In this document: positions 36,017 to 46,374 of the stretch, in pieces
Position numbering within the stretch: the stretch's first letter is position 1
Layout of the letters: the number at the start of each line of letters is the position of its first letter
IMG/VR virus record: IMGVR_UViG_3300017913_001833
Location: 64,001-128,000 of that record
DNA length: 64,000 bases
Source of the DNA: a virus
Lineage: Duplodnaviria; Caudoviricetes
Strand: one strand, 5' to 3'
The notes under the pieces: model-generated
Told to the model about the DNA's origin: nothing
The model's input: only the letters and a program-made list of their open reading frames with translations
The model's database searches: none
Position numbers and translations under genes: made by a program

Positions 36017-37421
36017 CTTTAAAAATATCCTTCATTTCAGGGAATGTTTCAGCAAACGAGACACCGCGTTGTTGATCGCACAGTTCTAAAAATTCTTTTG
36101 TTTCTGGTAAACGTACACTCCAGTCTTCACTTTCCATAAATCTAAGCATTCCGTCTAATCTTTTAATACCATATTCACCTTGGCGCCATGTTTCATAATC
36201 TACTTTGTCTTTATGCCAGGCTGGAATACTTCTTTCCCAATTGGCTTCCCACCAAGGATACCATGCTTCATACTTTTCTCTGCATTTTTCTTTAAACCAT
36301 TTAGGCAAAACTTTCACGTTTAAATGCGCAGGCCAATACACAAAATGATAGTTAACTCCGCCGCCACTAAACGGCCACATGTTTATCTTTTTAAATCCTT
36401 GCTCTACCTTCCATTGGATAAGATCAGGAATGTAATACACGTTAAGAGCTTGCACTGCACAAGCAACAGTAACTTCTACATTAGAAGATGTTTGCTTGTC
36501 TAGCTTGTGAAAAGTTTTAACTTGATTATTCCAGTTGCTAGGATAGCGGATATAATCATTCATTTCTTTTATACTGTCAATGCTATAATGGAAACGCACT
36601 ATTTTAAAATGCTTCCAAAGATCAAACAAATCTTCTCGCCATTCAACACCATTTGAATTATAACGTAATTCTAAATTTTTAGCATATCCCATCTTAATAG
36701 CATATTCAAGTATTTCGTAATGTTCTTCAATAATAAGACTTTCGCCACCTGCAAAATAAATTTGTTGCATACTTGGCATTTGTTCGTAAAATTGTTTCCA
36801 GAATGTAGGATTTTGTTTATGCCAATTGTAACTACTTCCGTTTGTACTACCTTTGTCTTTCCATTGCATTATCTCTTTTAGTGATTCATTCTGCACTGCT
36901 GGAAATACTGCTTTCCAATCTTTGATCCATCCTGAACTATCATGAGGCGAACACATAACACAAGCAAGCTGACATTTGGTTCCGAAACGTAAATCGATAT
37001 ATGCTAGATTAGGAGGCACACTTCCATCAGGATTTGTTTCTTGCAATATTTTATCAAGGTCAACACGTTGTTCCCAATATTTTGTTTCCCATTGCCTCTT
37101 ACTTCTATGTCCTGCAGCTTCTTCTTTGTAGCACTTTAAACAGCTAGGAGGCATTTCTCCATTTAGCATCTGCAGGCGTACATTCTTCATATAGTCACTG
37201 TTCCATGCTGTTTCAAAATCACTAACATTTAAATTGTTAGGCCGACCTTCTTCGTCTTTTAAGATACCTACTTGACCGCCATGCTGTTTGTCATTAGTAG
37301 GACCTACGGAACTTGCATTTGCTGTACAGCATACACGCATACTGCCGTCTGGTCTTGTACTTAGGTGTACCCAAGGTAGTAAGCAAAAAGTATTTGATGG
37401 ATATTTTGTTTTCTCTGTCAT
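36009..37421 (-). CDS. Radical SAM enzyme with N-terminal twitch-like Cys domain
   Basis: CLLPW...VCC...CLKC; CQLACVMC; FAGGE; NSNG; SIDS. Confidence 0.9.
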   Translation of the reverse strand: MTEKTKYPSNTFCLLPWVHLSTRPDGSMRVCCTANASSVGPTNDKQHGGQVGILKDEEGRPNNLNVSDFETAWNSDYMKNVRLQMLNGEMPPSCLKCYKEEAAGHRSKRQWETKYWEQRVDLDKILQETNPDGSVPPNLAYIDLRFGTKCQLACVMCSPHDSSGWIKDWKAVFPAVQNESLKEIMQWKDKGSTNGSSYNWHKQNPTFWKQFYEQMPSMQQIYFAGGESLIIEEHYEILEYAIKMGYAKNLELRYNSNGVEWREDLFDLWKHFKIVRFHYSIDSIKEMNDYIRYPSNWNNQVKTFHKLDKQTSSNVEVTVACAVQALNVYYIPDLIQWKVEQGFKKINMWPFSGGGVNYHFVYWPAHLNVKVLPKWFKEKCREKYEAWYPWWEANWERSIPAWHKDKVDYETWRQGEYGIKRLDGMLRFMESEDWSVRLPETKEFLELCDQQRGVSFAETFPEMKDIFKDV

Positions 37422-37439
37422 TATATACGTACTTATTAG

Positions 37440-38471
37440 TTAGTGAGCTGTGTGTATTTGATTATTGATTGTTGAGATAATATTCTCTTTACAATGGTGT
37501 ATACACTTGTCAAAAGACTCTTTTATTATCTGCTCGTGTAAGTTGCTGTACCAAGGACTATCTAATATTTCTTGGAAGCTCTTTCCACTGTTTACATTAT
37601 TATCATCTTTATCATACTTGTAACTATAAGTATCCTCCAGTGTTGCTAATTGTATTTCTGTTCCCCACCAACAACAAGGCAATACTGTACCTTGCACAGT
37701 GGTATATAATCCTGTATCTAATCCGTGATAATCCGGTCTGTGACATGCTTTGCATACAACTTTTTGTGTAGTTTCTTGTGTTGCAAGTTCATGTTTACCT
37801 TGGCCAGGAGTAACTATTTTATGTTCTCGAGATTTAGTACCTCTAAACTTTATACGTTCAAAACCTTCTTCTATGCTACGTTGTTTTGCAAGTTCATCTT
37901 GATGCTCATTGTGTTTGAAATAAATGAATTGCCAACTTGCGCGACCGCCTGCAGAAATATATGTTCTAAAGTTATCTTGTAGTTTGTCCCAATCTACATT
38001 TCTACGATAGATATGATTAGTATCTTCCAATCCATCTATACCCCATATAACATTTAATCTGCTTAGTGTAGGACGATTGATATACATATTTTTTGCACCA
38101 ATCTTTCCTAGGCTTTTCCAAAATTCAGTATTGCGTGTTCCGCCATTAGTAGCAATATTAACTTGTAGTGACCTGCTAAATTTACCACACCCAAATATCC
38201 ATTCTACTATTTCTAACAATTCTGGATTTGTTGTTGGTTCATCATAGTTTCCGCAAAAGTCAATTAGTCTAAGACTTTCCCATTCATCATTACTCATCCA
38301 ATTCTTAAATTTTTCAAAAGATACATATGTATCATTTAGTCCAATGTAATTTTTTGTTTCAGGTTTATCGTAACTTTTTTCTCTAGCACAAGCAGGACAT
38401 CTAGCATTACAATAGTTGCTGATCTCCATTTGTAGTTTTTTAATTTCTTTTGCAGCTACTGGCCAGCTCAT
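37440..38471 (-). CDS. Radical SAM enzyme with C-terminal twitch/SPASM domain
   Basis: CNARCPACAR, GNYDEP, ATNGG, IDGLEDTNHIYR, PCC...CIHHC. Confidence 0.9.
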   Translation of the reverse strand: MSWPVAAKEIKKLQMEISNYCNARCPACAREKSYDKPETKNYIGLNDTYVSFEKFKNWMSNDEWESLRLIDFCGNYDEPTTNPELLEIVEWIFGCGKFSRSLQVNIATNGGTRNTEFWKSLGKIGAKNMYINRPTLSRLNVIWGIDGLEDTNHIYRRNVDWDKLQDNFRTYISAGGRASWQFIYFKHNEHQDELAKQRSIEEGFERIKFRGTKSREHKIVTPGQGKHELATQETTQKVVCKACHRPDYHGLDTGLYTTVQGTVLPCCWWGTEIQLATLEDTYSYKYDKDDNNVNSGKSFQEILDSPWYSNLHEQIIKESFDKCIHHCKENIISTINNQIHTAH

Positions 38472-39409
38472 AGTTGTTCCTTGATAAACTTATCACGCTT
38501 GTTTTCTTTACATGTACTTTGGCATTTGCCTATACGGTTATTTCCAGTCCAACTGTTCTTGATATCTGTCCATACCTTGCCTGTCATTGCTTGTTCAAGT
38601 GTAACGTTTGCAAGATTTATATCATTCATGTAATCGTTGTCTACAAGTATTTCTTCAAATCTATCTTTTTGTTTTCCATTGACTGCAAACTCTAACATCT
38701 TACTGTTGAGGTGACAACAAGGAATAACATTGCCCATGTGGTTAACAAATATACGTTTTTGATTTCCATATTTGCAACTAATGCAAGGTGATTCTTCTAC
38801 TTCAACTTTTTTGTGTTTTACTCCACCAGTATCTTTCCTATGACTGATAATTGTTTTGAATTCTTTAAAGCCCTCGTCTTTGGCCATTTGTCTAGCAATT
38901 TCTAATTGATGTTCATTGTGTTCAAATACAATAAACTGCCAGTTAGCTCTACCGCCTGCACCTATAAAAGCTCTCCAGTTGTTTCTTACTTTTTTAAAAT
39001 TACTACCTTCTCTATACTGCTCACTTGTTTCGTCACTGCCGTCTATACCCCAAGTAACTTTATGACTGCGTGGTAGAATTGTTGCAAGTTTTGACCACCA
39101 TGCTTCTGTACGCAAGCTACCATTGGTTGCAATGTTGATATGACAATTCCACTGTGCAAAATGTTCGACTATTTCAAAAAAGTCTGGATGAGTAGTAGGT
39201 TCATCAACACTACCACAAAAATTAATGATCTTTATATTAGGAAACATATCTTTTTGAAACTTTTCTTTTATAACATTGACATCAAGATAAGTTTTGTTTA
39301 ATATTTTATCTGCTTCATTAGACAGTACACGGAAACAACCTTTACAACGTATGTTGCAAAAACTTGTAAGTTCAATATCTATCCATTCTAAATTATTACT
39401 ATTCCACAT
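38468..39409 (-). CDS. Radical SAM enzyme with C-terminal twitch/SPASM domain
   Basis: CNIRCKGCFR, GSVDEP, ATNG, WQFIVFEHNEHQ, PCC...CQSTC. Confidence 0.9.
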   Translation of the reverse strand: MWNSNNLEWIDIELTSFCNIRCKGCFRVLSNEADKILNKTYLDVNVIKEKFQKDMFPNIKIINFCGSVDEPTTHPDFFEIVEHFAQWNCHINIATNGSLRTEAWWSKLATILPRSHKVTWGIDGSDETSEQYREGSNFKKVRNNWRAFIGAGGRANWQFIVFEHNEHQLEIARQMAKDEGFKEFKTIISHRKDTGGVKHKKVEVEESPCISCKYGNQKRIFVNHMGNVIPCCHLNSKMLEFAVNGKQKDRFEEILVDNDYMNDINLANVTLEQAMTGKVWTDIKNSWTGNNRIGKCQSTCKENKRDKFIKEQL

Positions 39410-40461
39410 TATTCAAAACACCAAGGTATAACTTGCGGACTGTTAGTTCCGCGTTTTTTATCTAAATCAATTAAAAACCTCTGCATGGTTTTATTTGCCT
39501 TTTCGTTGTACTCATACTTTTTCAAAAAGCTATGAATAGATTTATTTGTTGTATCTTCTGCTACTTTTTGCACTACATGCGGTTTGAGAGCATTGATTTG
39601 TAAATGCTCCGGATACGTTACTGTATGTAGATCATAACTTGCATTCCATCTACTTGTAAGTTCATTTACTGTTTTATCAAGCACAGGTAAATTCATTGCT
39701 TGCGATGTAATGTTAAAGTATATATGGATAGGATTTAGTGCAAACAGTTCATCAGCATTCTTTACAAAAGTTTCATGCTTTGTTGGAAATCTGATTAGTT
39801 CGTTAACTTCTTCCCAGCCGTCAATACTAAGACTAAATTCTAGTTTCTTAAATTTAGCAAGAATATCTAAAAACTTTTTTGTATTGCTAACACAATTGGT
39901 TTGTATTTGTATAATTGTGTTCTTAGCATTCCAACTATTGCTACCAAGTTTGTCAAGGAAGTTATGTACTTCTTTCATATAAAAAGGTTCCCCTCCTGCA
40001 ATATAAACAAACTTTGCTGTGTTTACCATTTTATCGTATAACCAGTTCCAGTCTATATCACTACGTTCTCCAAAATGTTCTGTGCTATACTTAGAATAAA
40101 CATCTAAATCTTCAAGCCATTTACTACTTTGTTTTGGACTGCACATTGCACATTTCAAATTACAAGTATGACCAGGACGTATGTCCCAATGATCTAATCC
40201 TTGTCCTCTTTGTATGCTTCTTAATCTTTTACTGCTTAATCCTATTTCTTCTCTACGTAAACAATTATTACATGCAGGATTAGCTTTCCAGTCCGTTTTA
40301 AAGCCTTGCCTTATTTTATTAATCACAGGATTATCTAGTAATTGATCCAATGTATCAACATGCGATTTGTTTTTATCATCATAAAGACAACAAGGCCTTA
40401 CAATATAACCTTGTGGTTCCTTTTCAACATATAGACTGTTGATAGATTCTAAGCATGTCAT
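39409..40461 (-). CDS. Radical SAM enzyme with N-terminal twitch-like Cys domain
   Basis: C...PCC...CNNC; CNLKCAMC; AGGEP; QTN; SIDG. Confidence 0.88.
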   Translation of the reverse strand: MTCLESINSLYVEKEPQGYIVRPCCLYDDKNKSHVDTLDQLLDNPVINKIRQGFKTDWKANPACNNCLRREEIGLSSKRLRSIQRGQGLDHWDIRPGHTCNLKCAMCSPKQSSKWLEDLDVYSKYSTEHFGERSDIDWNWLYDKMVNTAKFVYIAGGEPFYMKEVHNFLDKLGSNSWNAKNTIIQIQTNCVSNTKKFLDILAKFKKLEFSLSIDGWEEVNELIRFPTKHETFVKNADELFALNPIHIYFNITSQAMNLPVLDKTVNELTSRWNASYDLHTVTYPEHLQINALKPHVVQKVAEDTTNKSIHSFLKKYEYNEKANKTMQRFLIDLDKKRGTNSPQVIPWCFE

Positions 40462-41519
40462 GTTTGGTCCTTCAATTCATTATGATATGCTTTGTTGTAG
40501 CCACATGTTACAATACATCTACGGAAATGCTTTTCATGTGCAGGATCCCAACTTTCTGCTAGTATTTTATCAAACCAAGGATGAGAAAGTATTTCATCAA
40601 TGCTATGAGTCTTTAAACTATTCCAACCTGTTTCGTATTCTGCTAATTTGTCGTTGATGTTTTCTTTATTTTTTTGTGCCCAATCAGAAAGGAAACAACA
40701 AGGCCACATTGTTTGTTTGGCACTTATAAATATTTCGCCTTCGTGAATTAATTTACATTTGATACTACGCACTACTGTTTGTGTTTCTTCTTTTGTCTTG
40801 TTTTCTTTTTCTATAAACTTGTATAACTCTTGTACTTGTGCTTTTTTGCTGTGTTCTTTACTTCCGGTAGTTGTAATTGCTTTTTTAACTTTTGAATTTT
40901 TCTTTCCTATTTCTGCAACCCATGTATGATAACTGTTACGCATACCTGTTCTTGTTGCGAAATTAAATCCTAAACGTTTAGCATGTTCTTTGGCTGCTTC
41001 TAGTTCGTGTTCGTTGTGATCAAAAACAATAAACACCCATTTTGCTCTGTAGGCAAATTCACCTACTGCTTCACTGAATGCATTCATGTTACGTTCTAAT
41101 ACTGACCATTTTGTGTTTACTCTGTATATGTGGTTAGTTTCTTTGTGTCCGTCTACACAGAAGTGTATGTGGAATTTGCGCTGATACTTTGCACACATAT
41201 GACCTAGTCTAGTCCACATGTCAACAGGGCCAACTGCACCGTTAGTGCTAATGCTAACCATGCCTTGATTTTCTAACAAATATTCTAGCATTTCTGCAAA
41301 CTGTGGATGAATAGCAGGATCGCCTAGCACGCCGCAAAACTTAAATTCAACACCGTCATAGTCTCCAGGAGGAAACATTCTCTTAAGATCATCCAGACTA
41401 AAATCTGTAACTTGTAGATTGCCTTTTGCAAGCTCTTGTGTTCTTGCACAGCCTGGACAGGCGGCATTGCAATCACTTGTAATTTCTAGTTCAACTTTTT
41501 TAATATCACTTAGTTTCAT
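40458..41519 (-). CDS. Radical SAM enzyme with C-terminal twitch/SPASM domain
   Basis: CNAACPGCAR, GVLGDP, STNG, VDGHKETNHIYR, PCC...CIVTC. Confidence 0.9.
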   Translation of the reverse strand: MKLSDIKKVELEITSDCNAACPGCARTQELAKGNLQVTDFSLDDLKRMFPPGDYDGVEFKFCGVLGDPAIHPQFAEMLEYLLENQGMVSISTNGAVGPVDMWTRLGHMCAKYQRKFHIHFCVDGHKETNHIYRVNTKWSVLERNMNAFSEAVGEFAYRAKWVFIVFDHNEHELEAAKEHAKRLGFNFATRTGMRNSYHTWVAEIGKKNSKVKKAITTTGSKEHSKKAQVQELYKFIEKENKTKEETQTVVRSIKCKLIHEGEIFISAKQTMWPCCFLSDWAQKNKENINDKLAEYETGWNSLKTHSIDEILSHPWFDKILAESWDPAHEKHFRRCIVTCGYNKAYHNELKDQT

Positions 41520-42598
41520 TCATCGCTCCATTGTGCTTTATATGGATCAAATTCTATACCGCACTTTTCAGAACATACTGATAATTTGCCTTCTTTACAA
41601 CTAGACAAACTCCAACCTGATTGAATGTTGTCAAATATACCTGTTGCAAAAACTTTATCTAGTCCTTGCTTTGCATTTAGATTTTGTTTGCCGCCGATGT
41701 TTTCTATATAACGCCATATAGGTTCTATTGTAGGATCTTTATGGTACCATTTGTACATACGTGTAGCAGTCCAACAGCAAGGCAGTGCTAAGCCTTCTGC
41801 TGTTATAAACAAACTACCTTCTTCTTTTACTTTGCACTTGATAGGTACAGCATCGTAATAGTTTTGCATACTACCATACTTGTCTAACAGTGCATCTTGC
41901 TTGTTACGTGTTTTGTTTTGATATTTCTTAGCAGGCTTTTTAATAATTTTTGCAGTTTCACCTTTTTTACTTTTTGCTTGGTGTTCTTCTTTTTTATCTT
42001 TTTTTGCTGTAACAAATCTGTCAGTCTTTTTTGCAATAAATCTTTCAAACCCTAATTCGTTGGCAAATGCTTCTGCTTGTTCAACTTGATGTTGATTATG
42101 TTCAAACACAAGAAAATCCCAACGAGCTCTTCCACCTGCATTTATAAAAGAACGCATACTGCGTTCTACATTGTCCCAAACCACGTTCTGCCTGTATATG
42201 TGGTTAGTATCCCTAAGCCCGTCCACACTAAAAATAACAGCACCCATCCTACCATAGACTTGGGCCAGTTCTGTCCACCACGCTTCATCTCTTGCTCCTG
42301 CATTTGTATTCATGCTTAACCACATATTTGGATTATGCTCACGGAAATATTTGAATATCTCTAATGTATCTCTTGCAATTATAGGATCTCCTAAGTTGCC
42401 GCACATAAACATAGTTTTAAGTTGTGCTACAAACTCAGGTTTGAATATACGTTTACAATCTTCAAGTGATAGTTCATCAAGATTGATGTGTGGATTAACA
42501 CCTTCGCCATTCATGTTACGATCACACATAGGACATGCCGCCTGGCAGTTTTGTGTAACTTCTAAATGTATTGCTCTTATATCTTCATAATTATACAT
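41516..42598 (-). CDS. Radical SAM enzyme with C-terminal twitch/SPASM domain
   Basis: CQAACPMCDR, GNLGDP, NTN, VDGLRDTNHIYR, PCC...CSEKC. Confidence 0.9.
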   Translation of the reverse strand: MYNYEDIRAIHLEVTQNCQAACPMCDRNMNGEGVNPHINLDELSLEDCKRIFKPEFVAQLKTMFMCGNLGDPIIARDTLEIFKYFREHNPNMWLSMNTNAGARDEAWWTELAQVYGRMGAVIFSVDGLRDTNHIYRQNVVWDNVERSMRSFINAGGRARWDFLVFEHNQHQVEQAEAFANELGFERFIAKKTDRFVTAKKDKKEEHQAKSKKGETAKIIKKPAKKYQNKTRNKQDALLDKYGSMQNYYDAVPIKCKVKEEGSLFITAEGLALPCCWTATRMYKWYHKDPTIEPIWRYIENIGGKQNLNAKQGLDKVFATGIFDNIQSGWSLSSCKEGKLSVCSEKCGIEFDPYKAQWSDE

Positions 42599-43100
42599 TG
42601 TGTATCCTATTATTTACAAGCCATGCTAGTTGATTCCAACTAGCAATATACTTACCTGACATTATTTCATCAATAACTATAAAAGAGTCTATGTCTAACA
42701 GTTTTAATTTTAGATCATGTGTGAACACTAAATTTTTTAAGTACATGTCTTGGTGCATAAAATATTGTCCTTGAGGCAAATTTTCATGCGAGAATTGTAT
42801 GCAGTCTGTGTAAATTTGACAAAAAACTTGCAGTGCTTCTGCAATATTTTTATTAGGTATTTCATACTTGTCTGGGTAATCTAACAAACATTCTACAAGA
42901 GTGCAATATGGTCTAATCTTTTTCATACTATACTGTGTAGGACTTTCCCAAGTAATTACTGGTACACAATATTCTTTATCCTTGCTAAACTTTTTGTAAA
43001 GTTCGAAGTTTTCTTTTGTAAACGTACCGTACTTTAATTCTTTGCTTACAAAGTTCTTACCATGATACAGATTTGATCTAATAAATTCTTGTTTAATCAT
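42591..43100 (-). CDS. Small kinase-like protein (protein kinase-like/Kdo-WaaP fold)
   Basis: HQDMYLKNLVF catalytic-loop-like and LLDIDS DFG-like motifs; short N-lobe. Confidence 0.55.
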   Translation of the reverse strand: MIKQEFIRSNLYHGKNFVSKELKYGTFTKENFELYKKFSKDKEYCVPVITWESPTQYSMKKIRPYCTLVECLLDYPDKYEIPNKNIAEALQVFCQIYTDCIQFSHENLPQGQYFMHQDMYLKNLVFTHDLKLKLLDIDSFIVIDEIMSGKYIASWNQLAWLVNNRIHNV

Positions 43101-43317
43101 TGTATAATAATTTTATATCTTTCCCAGGTCCTGTTTTGCTAGGAAGATCTCCGTATTGTTCTATGTACCAATCAATAACAGCCTTGTACCAATTTTGGCT
43201 GTTGTGATGTGCCTGCTTATTGAACTGAAAAATATTATTGTTGGTTGCTTGCATTGTGCTCAGGGCTCTTGCACTTTCTTGTTGCAACTGCCTAAGTGTT
43301 AAATTATTTAAGTCCAA
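43093..43317 (-). CDS. Small hypothetical protein (74 aa)
   Basis: Overlaps both neighbouring genes, suggesting translational coupling. Confidence 0.7.
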   Translation of the reverse strand: MDLNNLTLRQLQQESARALSTMQATNNNIFQFNKQAHHNSQNWYKAVIDWYIEQYGDLPSKTGPGKDIKLLYND

Positions 43318-45868
43318 TTCTCATATACCTTGTGTATTGTTCTAATTCTAATTCTCCTGTAAAGTATACTTCACTTAAAGGAGACATTTCAGCAAAATGC
43401 AAACTATCCTTTACACAGTTTACATGTTCGTCTATAGCAACGTAATCGTTGCTCTGTAAACATATAAGTTTCCCTTTTGGTATTTTATCATACCATTCTG
43501 CAAAGTTTTCGATGTGTTCACAACTTGTATTGATAATGGTGTTAGGTGAGTCTTTGCAGTTTTCTATATCGCCATTGCCTTTAACTGTTGTATAGTTATC
43601 AACAATATAATTAATATCCATTATGTCTTTTGTTTGTGCCTTGAATTTCCAGCCATCTTTTAAATGTTGGTTAAATGTTTCTGCAATCTTCCATACGTTA
43701 TCGTCTATGTCAAAACTACGTATCTTATCAAACTTTATATTTGCTTCACTAAACATAGGCACTATTGTAGCATACCAACCAGCACAAATAAAAACGGTAC
43801 CAAGATCTAAGTCTAACTGTTTAAGTGTATCCACTAACCATTTTTTACTTTTTATTTGACCACGACTAAAACAATCCATATCAATATTGCTATCTTGTAA
43901 TTTTTTAAGAGCAGGTACAAACAAACTATTTGTATGTTTTTCTAACACACGCCATAGTGCATTTTTGTCATTTTGCAATACAACCTTAAATTCATCTTTT
44001 ACTTCAGGCAATAATCTCGACAAACTGTAAAAATTTTCTTCAATTACTGCTTTACGCAAATCAACGTTTGAATTTGCAAGTCTGAATATACTGTGCATAT
44101 TCTTTTCTACTACTGCTTTACGTAATTCTTCATTGTTTGCTATTTTAAAAACACTGCTTAAATCTCTATCATTATACAAACGTCTTACATTGCTAACACC
44201 TTCGTACATGTATTCAAATCTGTCAAGTAAGTCTACAATTTCCTGCGCCTTTATTTCAGGTTGTGCTACTTTTTCTTGCGGATAAGCAATATCAAATTGT
44301 TGTCTAAGCCATTCGAAATCATTTATTAGCCTAAGATCAGACCCCCCAGAAAGGCCAAACTCCATACCAGCGGTAGCGCCTGCCAAAGCGTATTCCCCAA
44401 AAGGTCTATCGTGTCCCACGGTTGTCCAAGTTTTAAGTCTTTCATCTGTTTCTCCTGTTTTTTGTCTATCAATTACTTTACTACTTAATTTTGCACATTC
44501 TCTAAATGCACTTTTCCAAGTTTCAAAAGGTCCTGTGTTAAATGCTGTAATATTACTAACAACTTTGATAGGCTTAAAATGTCTGCTTATGCTTGTTGTC
44601 ATATCTGGACGAGATGTGTCCATATCAATTGTTGCTTGTCTTGGAAATAGTTTTATGCCACCATATCCATATTCTAGGTCATTGATAGGATTGACACTAC
44701 GCCATACTTTTACGTAGTTCTTTTCGTGTTCTGGTGATACATAATCAAAATGAAAGTCTTCTGATATTACTGCATCGCCGTCAACGATCCATATAAGATC
44801 AGTTTTACATAGTTTTGCCGCTTCAATATGTGCTTGGTGAATACCTGTTACTCCGTCTACACGTTTTGCACGAGGGAACCTATCTAACAATGCTTGATAA
44901 TTTTCATCAGCATTAGGTTCATTGTATGTAATCATTACAATGTCATATTCTTCATTTTTATTAGGCTTTTTATAGTAGTCATTTAGCACACGCTTAGGTG
45001 GTGTGTATAAACTTTTAAAAAACTTGCTTTGTTCTTCATCATACCATTCAACAGGAATATCTATTTGGTACCTTAGCGTTTCACCTAGTTCTGTTATTTT
45101 GCTATAAAGTTCTTCTGGTGGTATTTTACTGTATGTTTCTTCCCACATACGATTGAGTGTTTCAAAATCACGCACATTTACATAATCCCAATTAGTACAC
45201 ATTGTTTTATATGCACCTTCTCTTGCACCATATATAGCCCACAGGCCGTTATCAACATCACTACCAACTGTTTGCCATATACGGAGTCTGTCAAGATTCT
45301 TTTTAGGTATTCTGCTTGCATCGTCTGTACGCAAGCCTTCAAGCAAACACATTTTTACACCTTCACGAAAACCTGCACGCCATGCTTGTTGCGGTGTAGC
45401 ATTGTTGTGTACAGTGCTGTATGTTTTGTTTATCTGCAAGTATTCGAGCCCCCAGCAAAAATCAATACCAGCAGCAACGTTTTCAGGATCTGCATTTTCA
45501 TGTGTCTTCATATTTTTTACAAGTTCGGTTGGCCAACACTTTATACCACCGTTTCCGTATACAAGTCCGTTGATGACATTGTAACCACTCCAACTAACTA
45601 CGCATTTACTAAGATCAATATCATCCCTGAAATATAACTCTTCGTCTATAAATCCGTCTATTACTTTGTTGTCACCATCGATAGTTATAAATCTATCTGT
45701 TTCTGCTATATTTGCACAGGCCTTATGTGCAGCATCACTGCCTTCTACTCCATGCACACGCTTTGCCCAAGGAATACGCTGTAATAGGTCATAATAATTT
45801 TCCTCAGCATTAGGTTCATCATAACTGAGATAAATTATATCGTAATCTTTTACTTTGAATGTTGCCAT
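43304..45868 (-). CDS. Fusion of two GT-A-like glycosyltransferase domains and a class I SAM-methyltransferase-like domain
   Basis: Duplicated D-I-x3-Y-x-EPNA-x-ENY...RV-x-GV-x-G...AH...DGD...GGIK...W-x2-FRE; helical LRKAV repeats; C-terminal FSRGQIKSKKWL, CAGWY, FDID, INTSCEH. Confidence 0.75.
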   Translation of the reverse strand: MATFKVKDYDIIYLSYDEPNAEENYYDLLQRIPWAKRVHGVEGSDAAHKACANIAETDRFITIDGDNKVIDGFIDEELYFRDDIDLSKCVVSWSGYNVINGLVYGNGGIKCWPTELVKNMKTHENADPENVAAGIDFCWGLEYLQINKTYSTVHNNATPQQAWRAGFREGVKMCLLEGLRTDDASRIPKKNLDRLRIWQTVGSDVDNGLWAIYGAREGAYKTMCTNWDYVNVRDFETLNRMWEETYSKIPPEELYSKITELGETLRYQIDIPVEWYDEEQSKFFKSLYTPPKRVLNDYYKKPNKNEEYDIVMITYNEPNADENYQALLDRFPRAKRVDGVTGIHQAHIEAAKLCKTDLIWIVDGDAVISEDFHFDYVSPEHEKNYVKVWRSVNPINDLEYGYGGIKLFPRQATIDMDTSRPDMTTSISRHFKPIKVVSNITAFNTGPFETWKSAFRECAKLSSKVIDRQKTGETDERLKTWTTVGHDRPFGEYALAGATAGMEFGLSGGSDLRLINDFEWLRQQFDIAYPQEKVAQPEIKAQEIVDLLDRFEYMYEGVSNVRRLYNDRDLSSVFKIANNEELRKAVVEKNMHSIFRLANSNVDLRKAVIEENFYSLSRLLPEVKDEFKVVLQNDKNALWRVLEKHTNSLFVPALKKLQDSNIDMDCFSRGQIKSKKWLVDTLKQLDLDLGTVFICAGWYATIVPMFSEANIKFDKIRSFDIDDNVWKIAETFNQHLKDGWKFKAQTKDIMDINYIVDNYTTVKGNGDIENCKDSPNTIINTSCEHIENFAEWYDKIPKGKLICLQSNDYVAIDEHVNCVKDSLHFAEMSPLSEVYFTGELELEQYTRYMRIGLK

Positions 45869-46374
45869 TATTGCCTTGTGTGTTTAAATGTGTATGCAGG
45901 ATTGTGCATGTACAAACTAATGTTTGATGTATCTACGTCATATTCTATATTTTGTGATGCTTCTTGTAACATAAAATGCATTGTATTTAAGAGTGCATAT
46001 GGGTTATTCTTTTCAGTTACGAATATATTCACAAGTGTGTTGTTATTTGCAATGTACTGTTTATATTCTTCATCACCTTGCACTTGCAAAGTAATTTTAT
46101 TTTTGTTTTGTACAAATTCTACATAATTTTCTGTTTTTACATCTGTAGGTACAGAATATATATTTTTATTGCTAGGTACTTCTAATTGATTTTGTTTGAA
46201 TACATATTCGCCTTCATACAATTCTACATGCCAATTGATAAAATTTTCTAAGCCGTCCTCAAACTTACGTCCAAGCTCATCAGTAATTGCTACACTAACT
46301 GCATTTTCTTTTTGTGGACTTATACTTGTAACAAGATTTGTTGCAGGATCAAAGTTAACGTAATACATCTTCAA
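45868..46374 (-). CDS. Hypothetical protein
   Basis: 168-aa ORF; TAATG coupling to the GT fusion gene. Confidence 0.65.
   Translation of the reverse strand: MKMYYVNFDPATNLVTSISPQKENAVSVAITDELGRKFEDGLENFINWHVELYEGEYVFKQNQLEVPSNKNIYSVPTDVKTENYVEFVQNKNKITLQVQGDEEYKQYIANNNTLVNIFVTEKNNPYALLNTMHFMLQEASQNIEYDVDTSNISLYMHNPAYTFKHTRQ

Noticed and set aside
31933-43317. Classical RiPP cluster interpretation of the SPASM/twitch radical SAM array
   Set aside because: No recognisable leader/core precursor, RRE/PqqD domain, peptidase or exporter. A protein substrate remains possible but is unsupported.
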